The position numbers were made by a program, and so were the translations under genes. A stretch of 40,630 nt of DNA, taken from NCBI GenBank assembly GCA_046754105.1, contig JBHHVD010000021.1, positions 1 to 40,630 of the forward strand. The letters are read 5' to 3'. This DNA is from Candidatus Krumholzibacteriia bacterium (GTDB taxonomy: Bacteria > Krumholzibacteriota > Krumholzibacteriia > WVZY01). Under the pieces are notes generated by a model. The model had not been told where the DNA came from, did not search any database, and worked only from the letters and a program-made list of their open reading frames with translations. Positions 9,359-17,589 of this stretch are shown one piece after another; the first letter of the stretch is position 1; every line of letters starts with the position of its first letter.

Positions 9359-10288
9359 TTACTCCCTGAGCTCCTTGCCGGTGAGTTTAATGAAAAGGGT
9401 TTCCAGGCTCGGTTGCGTGAGCGTGGTCTCGCGGACCTCGGCGCCGGCCGCCGAAAGGGCGCTGAAGATTTCGGAGAGCTTCGCCGAGGCGTTGGGCACG
9501 GCGAGGGTCAGCATTTCCTCATCGACCTGGACCAGTTCGGCTTTTTCCAGCCGGGCCAGCGGACTGCGGACCGCCTCCGGATCGAAGCGTCCCGTGAGGC
9601 GCAGAATATCCCGCTCGCCGAGCATGGCCCGCAGTTCGGTGAGGGTGCCGGCGGCGATGATCTTGCCGCCGTCGATGATGGCCAGGCGGTCGCACAGGCT
9701 CTCCGCCTCTTCCATGTAGTGGGTCGTATAGAGCACGCAGGTGCCTTTCTTCGTCTCGCTCTTGACGAGGTCGAGCAGCCTGACGCGGCTCTGGGGGTCC
9801 ACGCCCACGGTGGGTTCGTCGAGGAGCAGCGCCTCCGGCTCGTGCACGATGCCGCAGGCGAAGTTCAGGCGCCGCTTCATACCGCCGCTGAATTTCTTGA
9901 CGGGCTCGTTCGCGCGGTCGAGCAGACCGGAAAGCTCGAGCACCTCGTTGACGCGCTGTTTGAGACGCGCCCCGCCCATGCCGTAGGCCGTTCCCCAGTA
10001 GAGCAGGTTCTCGCGGGCGGAGAGGTCTTCGTACAGGGCCAACTCCTGGGGCACCACGCCGAGTTTCCTGCGCGAGGCGGTCCCGTCGCTCGCCACGTCG
10101 TGACCGAGGACGCTCACCCGGCCCGAAGTCGGCTTCAACAAACCGCCGATACAGCTGATGGTGGTGGTCTTGCCGGCGCCGTTGGGCCCGAGCAGGCCGA
10201 AGATGGCACCGGGCTTCGCGGTAAACGTCACGTCGTCTACGGCGATCAGGTCGCCGTATTGTTTGCGCAAATCGTGAAGTTCGATCAA
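9359..10288 (-). CDS. ABC exporter ATP-binding subunit (DrrA/LnrL-like)
   Basis: Walker A GPNGAGKTT, signature FSGGMKRR, Walker B LLLDEPTVGVDPQSR; TTG start with a GGGAGG RBS. Confidence 0.92.
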   Translation of the reverse strand: MIELHDLRKQYGDLIAVDDVTFTAKPGAIFGLLGPNGAGKTTTISCIGGLLKPTSGRVSVLGHDVASDGTASRRKLGVVPQELALYEDLSARENLLYWGTAYGMGGARLKQRVNEVLELSGLLDRANEPVKKFSGGMKRRLNFACGIVHEPEALLLDEPTVGVDPQSRVRLLDLVKSETKKGTCVLYTTHYMEEAESLCDRLAIIDGGKIIAAGTLTELRAMLGERDILRLTGRFDPEAVRSPLARLEKAELVQVDEEMLTLAVPNASAKLSEIFSALSAAGAEVRETTLTQPSLETLFIKLTGKELRE

Positions 10289-10459
10289 ACGGATCCTCCC
10301 CGGTACGTCACGCCTCGCTTGACGTGCTGGCGTGACAGGATAGGGCAATCGGAGGGCCTTTTCAAGCCCGTTCGGAGGAGGAACGGGAGGAGCGGTACGG
10401 AAGGGTGGATTCGGCGGATGTCACTCGTTTGCAAACAAGGGGGCACGCACGTCGGTGAG

Positions 10460-11209
10460 CTATTTTTCGCGAAAGGAGTCCGCGATGGCGACGACCTCTT
10501 CCTTGCCCAAGCGGTTGAGATGGACCCGCTGCCCGAAGACGATCTCTTCGATTTCGGACTTGAATTGTCTGAGTTCCTTCTTCTGGGCGAGGTCCTTGCC
10601 GTTCCTCGTCGAGTAGCCGCAATAGTAGTGGCCGTCGATGCCGTTCAGGCGCCAGCCGAATTCCGGTTCCACACCGAGGACCACGGCTTTCGCCTCCGGG
10701 TGCACGAACTGGGCGCCCTTCTTGATCTTCTCGTAGAAGAGCTGCTCGGCTTCCCGGGCGACCTCGCCGAGGACCCGTCGGGCCAGACCGCGGAAGCGGG
10801 CGAGGCTCGACGCCGCCGCGAGGTTGTCGATGAGATACAGGGCGAATTCGTTGCGCGCGACCCCGCGCGGGATCGCGACCAGCGCCATCGTCGTATCGAT
10901 GGAAAACAGGTCCCGGTGCCCCTTCTTCTTGATGCCGATGCCGCATTTCCGAATGACGTCCGGCAGGTCGTCGAGGCGTTTTTTCAGGACGGCGGCGAAA
11001 CGTGCGCCGGGCTTGAGGGCGTTGCGGGCGTCGTCGAGTATCTTGCGTTTTGCCCGTTGTTTGCCGAAGAACCACCGGGCCCGCGTTTTGCCAAGAACGT
11101 CCTCGAGGACGGTTTGCCCGTCGCACCCGACCCATTCCCGGAATACATCCGTCGTCATAAGCTGTTTAACGACCTTGAATTCCTGCCCCGTCCATTTGAG
11201 TGTCGCCAT
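10460..11209 (-). CDS. Hypothetical basic protein (249 aa)
   Basis: GGGGAG RBS before ATG 11209; protein-like composition, Lys/Arg-rich; no family recognised. Confidence 0.7.
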   Translation of the reverse strand: MATLKWTGQEFKVVKQLMTTDVFREWVGCDGQTVLEDVLGKTRARWFFGKQRAKRKILDDARNALKPGARFAAVLKKRLDDLPDVIRKCGIGIKKKGHRDLFSIDTTMALVAIPRGVARNEFALYLIDNLAAASSLARFRGLARRVLGEVAREAEQLFYEKIKKGAQFVHPEAKAVVLGVEPEFGWRLNGIDGHYYCGYSTRNGKDLAQKKELRQFKSEIEEIVFGQRVHLNRLGKEEVVAIADSFREK

Positions 11210-11371
11210 GGTTGTCGGTCTCCCCGTGTGTGCGCCGGTGGGATTGCGGGAGTCTGGCCTGCGGACGCCGGCCGGCTCCCCGGGTTGGCGCTCCATAGAC
11301 CAAGCAAGAACCGGTTCTCTTGCGGGCACGGTTGGCGGCGGCCGCGGAGGCTCGGAGTCTCCGGCAGGCGC

Positions 11372-11403
11372 AAAAAAAGGGGCTCCCGCACAACGGGAGC
11401 CCC
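11372..11403 (-). terminator. Rho-independent terminator downstream of the outer-membrane barrel gene
   Basis: Minus strand GGGGCTCCCG-TTGTG-CGGGAGCCCC (perfect 10-bp stem) followed by 7 T. Confidence 0.9.
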
Positions 11404-11444
11404 GTGACCTTCGAGTACCAGCGCGGGCGCCGGACGCTCGCGAG

Positions 11445-12197
11445 CTAGAATCTGAACGAGAATCCGGTCGTCGCGCTGAAGCTGCCCACGAGGCCCACCT
11501 CGACAAAGCCCATGACGGGCATGGTGTTGGTCCTGGCCCCGAACATGAGGTCGAACTGGCCGTCCCGCTCCATTTCGATCAGGCGCGTTTGCTGACCGGG
11601 TATCCGCGTCGAGTCGATTTCCTCGAGATCGGCGCTGTACGAAACGACGCGAGCGCCGCCGTAAAAGCCGACGCCCTGGACCATGTAGCCCAGTGAGCCG
11701 TCGAAGGAGAAAGAGGTCTCGTCATAATTCCACTTGGTCGTGACGTCCTCGTTGAAGTCCGACGAGAAGAGGTTGAAGTCGGCGCCCAACGACCAGAACA
11801 CGTTCGGGTTGCTGGGGATCGCATCCCCGATGCGCGCGCCGGCGGAAAAGTAGACATCGTCGTCGAAACCACGGGAGTTCAAGCCGAGGTTCGGGTCGGT
11901 GATGTCTTCGTCCCGCAGCGTTACCTGCGCCAGGCCCGCCACCGCGTGGATCGAGGCCAGCTTCGGAAACTGGTGGGCGACGCGAAAGCCGATACCCGAT
12001 CCCCGCATGTCCCAGGCCTTCAAGCCCTGGTCGAACGTGTCATCGGTACCGTCGAAATCCGTGGCACGGGAGACGTCGAGATCCGTCGTGTGTCTAAACA
12101 CCACGATGCCCGCACCCGTCTGTGCCTGAACGAGCGCCGGCACCAGCAAGCCCGCGAGCACCATGGCGGCCGTCGAGAGTAAGAGTTTGTTACGCAT
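11445..12197 (-). CDS. Exported protein, probable outer-membrane beta-barrel
   Basis: AGGAGG RBS; Sec signal peptide (MRNKLLL...VQA|Q); alternating aromatic/hydrophobic strands; C-terminal GFSFRF beta-signal. Confidence 0.7.
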   Translation of the reverse strand: MRNKLLLSTAAMVLAGLLVPALVQAQTGAGIVVFRHTTDLDVSRATDFDGTDDTFDQGLKAWDMRGSGIGFRVAHQFPKLASIHAVAGLAQVTLRDEDITDPNLGLNSRGFDDDVYFSAGARIGDAIPSNPNVFWSLGADFNLFSSDFNEDVTTKWNYDETSFSFDGSLGYMVQGVGFYGGARVVSYSADLEEIDSTRIPGQQTRLIEMERDGQFDLMFGARTNTMPVMGFVEVGLVGSFSATTGFSFRF

Positions 12198-12375
12198 CAG
12201 CGTTCCTCCTTGCAAAACGGGCCTCGGTCCAAGTCGTCCGCAGGTTCTCGTTCCGTCCGACTCCCGGGCCCGCACACGGCTCGTCGCGCCGTGGGGAAAT
12301 GGCCTTTGTGAAGCACAGAACGTTCCAAAACGGGGGATCCTGGCCTTTGCGCGGCTTGGGAACAGCTATTACAAT

Positions 12376-12394
12376 ATGTAACAAGAAGTTACAT
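12376..12394. promoter_or_regulatory. Perfect inverted repeat, candidate transcription-factor site
   Basis: ATGTAAC-AAGAA-GTTACAT in the AT-rich divergent intergenic region. Confidence 0.45.
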
Positions 12395-12552
12395 GAGATA
12401 AACGGTTGTGGGCGAATGCCGACGATGTGGGGCGTTCCGGGGTCCAAGGGGGAACGTGCAGGCAATGTGCGGCGCACGGGGGTGGGGCACGCCGCAACCT
12501 ATTGACAGCACAATAAGTAACGAGTGTGCGAGGTGCCGGGTGGCAACGTAAC

Positions 12553-12566
12553 TTGATAAGAATCAA
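12553..12566. promoter_or_regulatory. FNR/CRP-family binding box upstream of the benzoyl-CoA operon
   Basis: TTGAT-AAGA-ATCAA is an exact match to TTGAT-N4-ATCAA, about 93 nt upstream of had. Confidence 0.6.
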
Positions 12567-12623
12567 TAAATTTCTCCTTCCCCACACCCCGACGGGGTGG
12601 CTATCCTGTGAGTAGACCATATA

Positions 12624-12635
12624 GAACGTACGTTC
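12624..12635. promoter_or_regulatory. 12-bp palindrome, candidate operator for the operon's TetR regulator
   Basis: GAACGTACGTTC is a perfect palindrome ending 23 nt before the had ATG. Confidence 0.5.
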
Positions 12636-12658
12636 GTTCGGGAACGGGGGAGGTCGTT

Positions 12659-13720
12659 ATGAAGGCGATAGACGCTTACGGGTACTATTTCGAAACCGCC
12701 GGCTCTCCGCTACAGCGCCGGGAATTCGCGCTCGATTCGCCGGAGCCGGGGGGCGTGCTGGTACGGGTGGCCGGTTGCGGTTTGTGTCACACGGACCTTT
12801 CGTTTTACACGGGTGCGGTCGAGCCGCGGTGCAAGCCGCCCATCATCCTCGGCCACGAGATAAGCGGGGCGGTCGTCGCGGCGGGAGGTGGGTTCGAGGA
12901 CCTGGTGGGGAAGAACGTCATCGTGCCGGCCGTCTTGCCGTGCGGCGAGTGCGACCTGTGCCGCGCCGGCCGCAGCAACATCTGCCTCGGGCAGAAAATG
13001 CCGGGTAACGACTTCGACGGCGGGTTCGCATCCCACGTTGCCGTTCCCGGGCGGCACCTGTGCCGGGTTCCCGAAGGCGGCGGCGATATCGACCTGGCCG
13101 AGTTGTCGGTCATTGCCGACGCGGTAACCACACCGTACCAGTCGCTGGTGCGCAGCAAGCTCGCTGCCGGGGAGGTCGCCATCGTCGTCGGTGTCGGCGG
13201 TATCGGCGGTTACATGGTTCAGCTGGCCAGGGGTGCGGGGGCGACCGTGATCGCGGTCGATATCGACGAGTGCAAGCTCGAGAACGCGCGCGCGATGGGG
13301 GCGAACCACGCCATCAATGCGAAGGGTATCGACGGGCGTGAGGTGAAAAAAGCGGTCCGGGAGCTGATCAAGCAAAACCGCCTGCCGAAAACGGGTTGGA
13401 AGGTGTTCGAAACCAGCGGCACTGCGCCGGGCCAGATGACGGCGTTTTCACTCCTGTCCCATGCCGGAACCGTCGCGGTCGTGGGTTTTACGATGGAGAA
13501 AATCCAGGTTCGGCTCAGCAACGTCATGGCGTTCGACGCGGAGGTCTTCGGCAACTGGGGATGCAAGCCGGAGTATTATCCGGACGTGCTAGCGGAAGTG
13601 CTGCAAGGGAGAATCAACGTGAAGGACAACGTCGAACTGCATCCGCTGGATGCCATAAACGAGATTCTGCCCCTCGCGATGGAGCACAAGCTGGAGAAAC
13701 GGGTCGTGTTTGTTCCGTAG
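12659..13720 (+). CDS. had: 6-hydroxycyclohex-1-ene-1-carbonyl-CoA dehydrogenase (Zn-dependent MDR)
   Basis: GCGLCHTD, GHE, CGECDLC...C, QKMPGNDFDGGFASH, ADAVTTPYQ, RLSNVMAFDA and GNWGC motifs; adjacent to oah, dch and bcr. Confidence 0.88.
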   Translation: MKAIDAYGYYFETAGSPLQRREFALDSPEPGGVLVRVAGCGLCHTDLSFYTGAVEPRCKPPIILGHEISGAVVAAGGGFEDLVGKNVIVPAVLPCGECDLCRAGRSNICLGQKMPGNDFDGGFASHVAVPGRHLCRVPEGGGDIDLAELSVIADAVTTPYQSLVRSKLAAGEVAIVVGVGGIGGYMVQLARGAGATVIAVDIDECKLENARAMGANHAINAKGIDGREVKKAVRELIKQNRLPKTGWKVFETSGTAPGQMTAFSLLSHAGTVAVVGFTMEKIQVRLSNVMAFDAEVFGNWGCKPEYYPDVLAEVLQGRINVKDNVELHPLDAINEILPLAMEHKLEKRVVFVP

Positions 13721-13793
13721 GTGGACGATTCTGGTGCCGCGCGCCGCTACGGCCCGCGCGGCCGGGGAACCGACGATATCAAGGAGAGGCAAT

Positions 13794-14870
13794 ATGAAGA
13801 ACCACGAGCTGGTCTCGGATGTGTCCTACAGGGACATCATCGTTGAGAAAAGGCCTTTGCTGAATGACGCCGGCGAGGAGGTTGAGGGGCTTTTCAACTA
13901 CTGGATTTTGCTGAACAACCCCCGGCAGTTCAACTCGTATACGACGAACGCGCTCAAGGAGCTGATACTGGCCTTCCGCCAGGCGTCGTGCGACCGGTCG
14001 GCCGTCGCGGCCATTCTCAGTGGGGTCGGGGACAAGGCGTTCTGCACGGGCGGCAACACGAAGGAGTACGCCGAGTACTACGCGGGCAATCCGCAGGAGT
14101 ACAAGCAGTACATGCGGCTTTTCAACGACATGGTGACCACGATTCTCACCTGTGATAAACCGGTGATCAACCGGGTCAACGGCATGCGGATCGCCGGAGG
14201 GCAGGAGGCGGGGATGGCGTGCGACTTTTCGATCGCCGCGGACACGGCTGTCTTCGGACAAGCCGGGCCCAAGCACGGGTCGGCACCGGACGGTGGTTCC
14301 ACCGATTTTCTGCACCTGTTCGTCGGCCTGGGCCGCGCGATCGAGTCCTGTACGCTGTGCGGCTGGTGGTCCGCGCACGAAGCCGTGAGGATAGGCCTTA
14401 TCAACAAGATCACGCCGGTGCTCCGGAACGCGGACGGCGATTTCGTATCCAACCCGTTCGTGCACACGGCGGAATCGGACGAGTGGGGCAACCCGTCCCT
14501 GGGGCGGTTGAAGACCGGCCGGGAGAAAGAGGATGCGAAGCGAATCGCCGAAGGGTGCACGATCGACCTGTCACTTCTCGACCGGGAAGTGAACAAGTTT
14601 GCTTACGCGCTCGCGCTGACCATGCCCGATTGCATGGCCAAGACGCTCGAGTCGCTACGCAAGAAGAAGCTCGAGCACTGGCAGAAGAACTGCGAGACCA
14701 ACCGTTCGTGGCTCGCGCTGAACATGATGACGGAAGCCAGGGCCGGGTTTCGCGCGTTCAACGAGGGGCCCAAGCACAACCGTGAGGTGGATTTCATTGG
14801 ATTGCGCCGCGCGCTGGCGGAGGCGACACCGTGGAGCGAAGAGCTCGTGGAGCGGGTGTTGCCAAAATAG
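13794..14870 (+). CDS. oah: 6-oxocyclohex-1-ene-1-carbonyl-CoA hydrolase (ring opening; Oah/BamA/BzdY type)
   Basis: NNPRQFNSYTT, FCTGGNTKEYAEYYAGNPQEYKQYMRLFND, GQAGPKHGSAPDGGSTDFL, WLALNMMTEA; AGGAG RBS. Confidence 0.93.
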   Translation: MKNHELVSDVSYRDIIVEKRPLLNDAGEEVEGLFNYWILLNNPRQFNSYTTNALKELILAFRQASCDRSAVAAILSGVGDKAFCTGGNTKEYAEYYAGNPQEYKQYMRLFNDMVTTILTCDKPVINRVNGMRIAGGQEAGMACDFSIAADTAVFGQAGPKHGSAPDGGSTDFLHLFVGLGRAIESCTLCGWWSAHEAVRIGLINKITPVLRNADGDFVSNPFVHTAESDEWGNPSLGRLKTGREKEDAKRIAEGCTIDLSLLDREVNKFAYALALTMPDCMAKTLESLRKKKLEHWQKNCETNRSWLALNMMTEARAGFRAFNEGPKHNREVDFIGLRRALAEATPWSEELVERVLPK

Positions 14871-14900
14871 CGCCCGGCCTGAGAAAAAAGGAGCCCGAAG

Positions 14901-15677
14901 GTGGCGCACGAAGTCATTAAAGTGAACGAACTCCACGACGGCCAGGTCGTCGAAATCATCCTCGGACCCGCTCCGGCGAATATTGTAACCGCGCGGGTGA
15001 TCCGGGAACTCTCGCTCGAGTTCGACAGGCTGACCGGCGGACCGGTGGGGAACCGCAAGCTGATCGTCTTGACGGGTGCGGGGGAGCATTTCAGTTACGG
15101 CGCTAGTGTTGAGGAACACAAAGCCGACAGTGTGGGAGAAATGCTTCCCCAGTTCCATCGGCTGATCGGCGGCATCCTGGACAGTGACATCCCGACGGTG
15201 GCGAAGGTGTCGGGACTATGTCTCGGCGGGGGTTTTGAGCTCGCGCTCGCCTGCGCGATGATCTTCAGCGCCGGGGAGGCGAAGTTCGGGGTGCCGGAGA
15301 TACAGCTCGGCGTATTCCCCCCGGTGGCGAGCGTGCTGCTGCCGTACAAGACGGGGGAGTCCGCGGCCGCGAAGATGATTCTGACCGGGGCGAAGATCCC
15401 CGCCCCCGAGTTGCATCGCCTCGGCGTCGTGCAGGTGTTCGACGGGTCGCTCGACGATGCGCTCGAGCGGTTCATCGAGAAACAGGTTCTGCCCAAGAGC
15501 GCGTCATCGCTGCGTTTTGCGTGCCGGGCGGCGCGGTCGGGTATCCGGCGGCACTACCACTCCTGTATCGAAGAAGTGGAGCGGCTGTACCTGGATGATC
15601 TCATGGCGACCACGGACGCCAACGAAGGCATCGACGCATTTCTCGCAAAACGGCCGCCCAAATGGGTGGATGCGTAG
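14901..15677 (+). CDS. dch: Cyclohexa-1,5-diene-1-carbonyl-CoA hydratase
   Basis: Crotonase fold; HFSYGASVEEH, CLGGGFEL, PEIQLGVFPP, ERLYLDDLMATTDANEGI; operon context. Confidence 0.87.
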   Translation: MAHEVIKVNELHDGQVVEIILGPAPANIVTARVIRELSLEFDRLTGGPVGNRKLIVLTGAGEHFSYGASVEEHKADSVGEMLPQFHRLIGGILDSDIPTVAKVSGLCLGGGFELALACAMIFSAGEAKFGVPEIQLGVFPPVASVLLPYKTGESAAAKMILTGAKIPAPELHRLGVVQVFDGSLDDALERFIEKQVLPKSASSLRFACRAARSGIRRHYHSCIEEVERLYLDDLMATTDANEGIDAFLAKRPPKWVDA

Positions 15678-15688
15678 GAGGCACGTCA

Positions 15689-16426
15689 TTGGCCGAGAAC
15701 CGGCATAAGCCCGACCCAATAGGCTCCTGGTCCATGACCGACGGACTGGACGAGATACTGAGGGAATCGTGCCACCTGATGGCGCGGCGGGGGTTTCACG
15801 GGACCAGTATGCGGGACCTCGCCCAGGAGACCGGGCGGAGTCTCTCCGGGCTGTACCACTATTTTCGCAGCAAGGAGGACCTCCTCTTCCTGATCAACTT
15901 TTACGGCTTCACCACGTTGAACGACGCCTGGACCAGGCTGATCCACGCGTTCGAGAGCCCGTACGAGAAACTGTACGCGTTCATCTATTTTCACACGGGT
16001 TATTTCGTCGAGCACATGGATGAGATGCGTGTGATGACCTGGGGCACCCAGGCGTTGAGCCTCGAAAAAGCGCGCGTGATCCAGAAACTCAAGGACCGCT
16101 ATACGGGTGATGCGAGGGGGATCGTGCAGGACGTGTATCGAACGGGCAGCGGATGTGACATGCCCGAGCGTCGGTTGCAGCGGGAGACATACCTGCTCTT
16201 CGGGATGATGAACTGGATGTTCAGCTGGTATTCGCCGCAGGATCACGGGGGCGTCGGCGATCTGGCACAGGATATTTACCGCACGTTCGTATCGGGTATC
16301 TCCGGCAACGGCCACGGGGAAATCGACACCGATCGCATGAACGCAGCGGTGGGCAAATCGTTCCACGAGAACAAGACGGAATCGATGTGGGCGACGGTCG
16401 AGGAACCGGATCGACAGGAGAACTAG
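15689..16426 (+). CDS. TetR/AcrR-family transcriptional regulator
   Basis: HTH GFHGTSMRDLAQETGRSLSGLYHYFRSKEDLL; C-terminal LFGMMNWMFSWYSP (KstR2/PaaR-like); TTG start with AGGAGG at 15676-15681. Confidence 0.88.
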   Translation: MAENRHKPDPIGSWSMTDGLDEILRESCHLMARRGFHGTSMRDLAQETGRSLSGLYHYFRSKEDLLFLINFYGFTTLNDAWTRLIHAFESPYEKLYAFIYFHTGYFVEHMDEMRVMTWGTQALSLEKARVIQKLKDRYTGDARGIVQDVYRTGSGCDMPERRLQRETYLLFGMMNWMFSWYSPQDHGGVGDLAQDIYRTFVSGISGNGHGEIDTDRMNAAVGKSFHENKTESMWATVEEPDRQEN

Positions 16427-16428
16427 CC

Positions 16429-17589
16429 ATGGGCGTAAGCGACATTGTCGGCAGGTGCGAGGAACTCTACCACGATCTCCATTTCTCCTACGTCAAGGAC
16501 TGGAAAAAGCGGCAAGGCGGGTTGGCCATCGGCTACATGCCGATTTACGTGCCACGCGAGCTCATCCACGCGGCCGGTATGCTGCCCGTCGGCATCATGG
16601 GCGCGAGCGACAACATCGAGATCATCCGCGGCGATGCCTACTACCAGTCCTACATCTGCCACATTCCGCGGTCCACGATCGAGCTTGGGCTCGGGGGGCG
16701 TCTCGATTGCCTCGACGGCCTTCTCTTTCCCGCCATCTGCGACGTGATCCGCAACCTGAGCGGCATGTGGAAACTGATGTTCAAGGACAAGTACGTCAAA
16801 TACATCGACTTGCCCCAGAACTTCAGCGCGGACATCGGAGGCAAGTTCTATGTCAACGAGCTGAACCAGCTACGCCAGGACCTCGGCGCGATGGCGGGCA
16901 AGCCGATCGGCAACGACGAACTCAACGAATCGATCCGGCTCTACAACGAAAACACGAAAGCAATAGAGCAACTGTATGAACTGCGGGCCGGTGCGCCGCA
17001 CATGGTGCCGACCTACGAGCTCTATCTGCTCATGCGCGCGGCGAACGTGCTCGAGGTCTCCGAACACACCGGGCTGGTCGAGGAGTATCTCTCTCTCGTG
17101 CAGAAGGAGGACCGGCGCGAGATGGACAACATCCGCGTCATCGTGACCGGCGTGTTTTGCGAACAACCGCCGCTGGGCCTGATCCGGGCGTTGGAGCAGA
17201 GCGGATGCTACATCGTCGACGACGACTGGGTCCTCGGCACCCGCTTCATAACGAACGAGGTCGCCGTCACGGACGATCCCGTGCGGGCGCTCTCCGACGC
17301 CTATCTCGAGTACGGCATCGCGACCGCGTCACGTTACATAGACAAGGACGAGAAGGGTCGGCACCTCATCGATCGCGTCAAGAAGCTCGACGCCGAAGGA
17401 GTCATCTTCGCATCGCCGAGCTTCTGCGACCCGGCCTTGCTCGAGCGGCCCATGCTGCAGAGCGCGTTGACGCGGGCGAACATTCCCAACACGTCGTTCA
17501 AGTTCTCGGAAAACTCGGGGCAGTACCAGGTCATCAAGGAGCAAACAGGCACGTTTTCGGACTCAATCAAACTCTGGGGGACGGCATGA
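16429..17589 (+). CDS. bcrC: Class I benzoyl-CoA reductase subunit C
   Basis: PIYVPRELIHAAG, IIRGDAYYQSYICHIPRSTIELG, ICDVIRNLSGMW, PSFCDPALLERPM, GTFSDSIKLW. Confidence 0.93.
   Translation: MGVSDIVGRCEELYHDLHFSYVKDWKKRQGGLAIGYMPIYVPRELIHAAGMLPVGIMGASDNIEIIRGDAYYQSYICHIPRSTIELGLGGRLDCLDGLLFPAICDVIRNLSGMWKLMFKDKYVKYIDLPQNFSADIGGKFYVNELNQLRQDLGAMAGKPIGNDELNESIRLYNENTKAIEQLYELRAGAPHMVPTYELYLLMRAANVLEVSEHTGLVEEYLSLVQKEDRREMDNIRVIVTGVFCEQPPLGLIRALEQSGCYIVDDDWVLGTRFITNEVAVTDDPVRALSDAYLEYGIATASRYIDKDEKGRHLIDRVKKLDAEGVIFASPSFCDPALLERPMLQSALTRANIPNTSFKFSENSGQYQVIKEQTGTFSDSIKLWGTA

Noticed and set aside
9413..11407. 664-aa plus-strand ORF
   Set aside because: Antisense to the ABC ATPase and the hypothetical gene, and it crosses a terminator; no recognisable domain.
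12300..12356. Sigma54 promoters (two TGGC...GC with GG-N10-GC spacing)
   Set aside because: Both lack the CAC and TTGC consensus bases, so they are too weak to call.
12502..12530. TTGACA as the -35 of the had promoter
   Set aside because: No credible -10 at 16-18 nt spacing.
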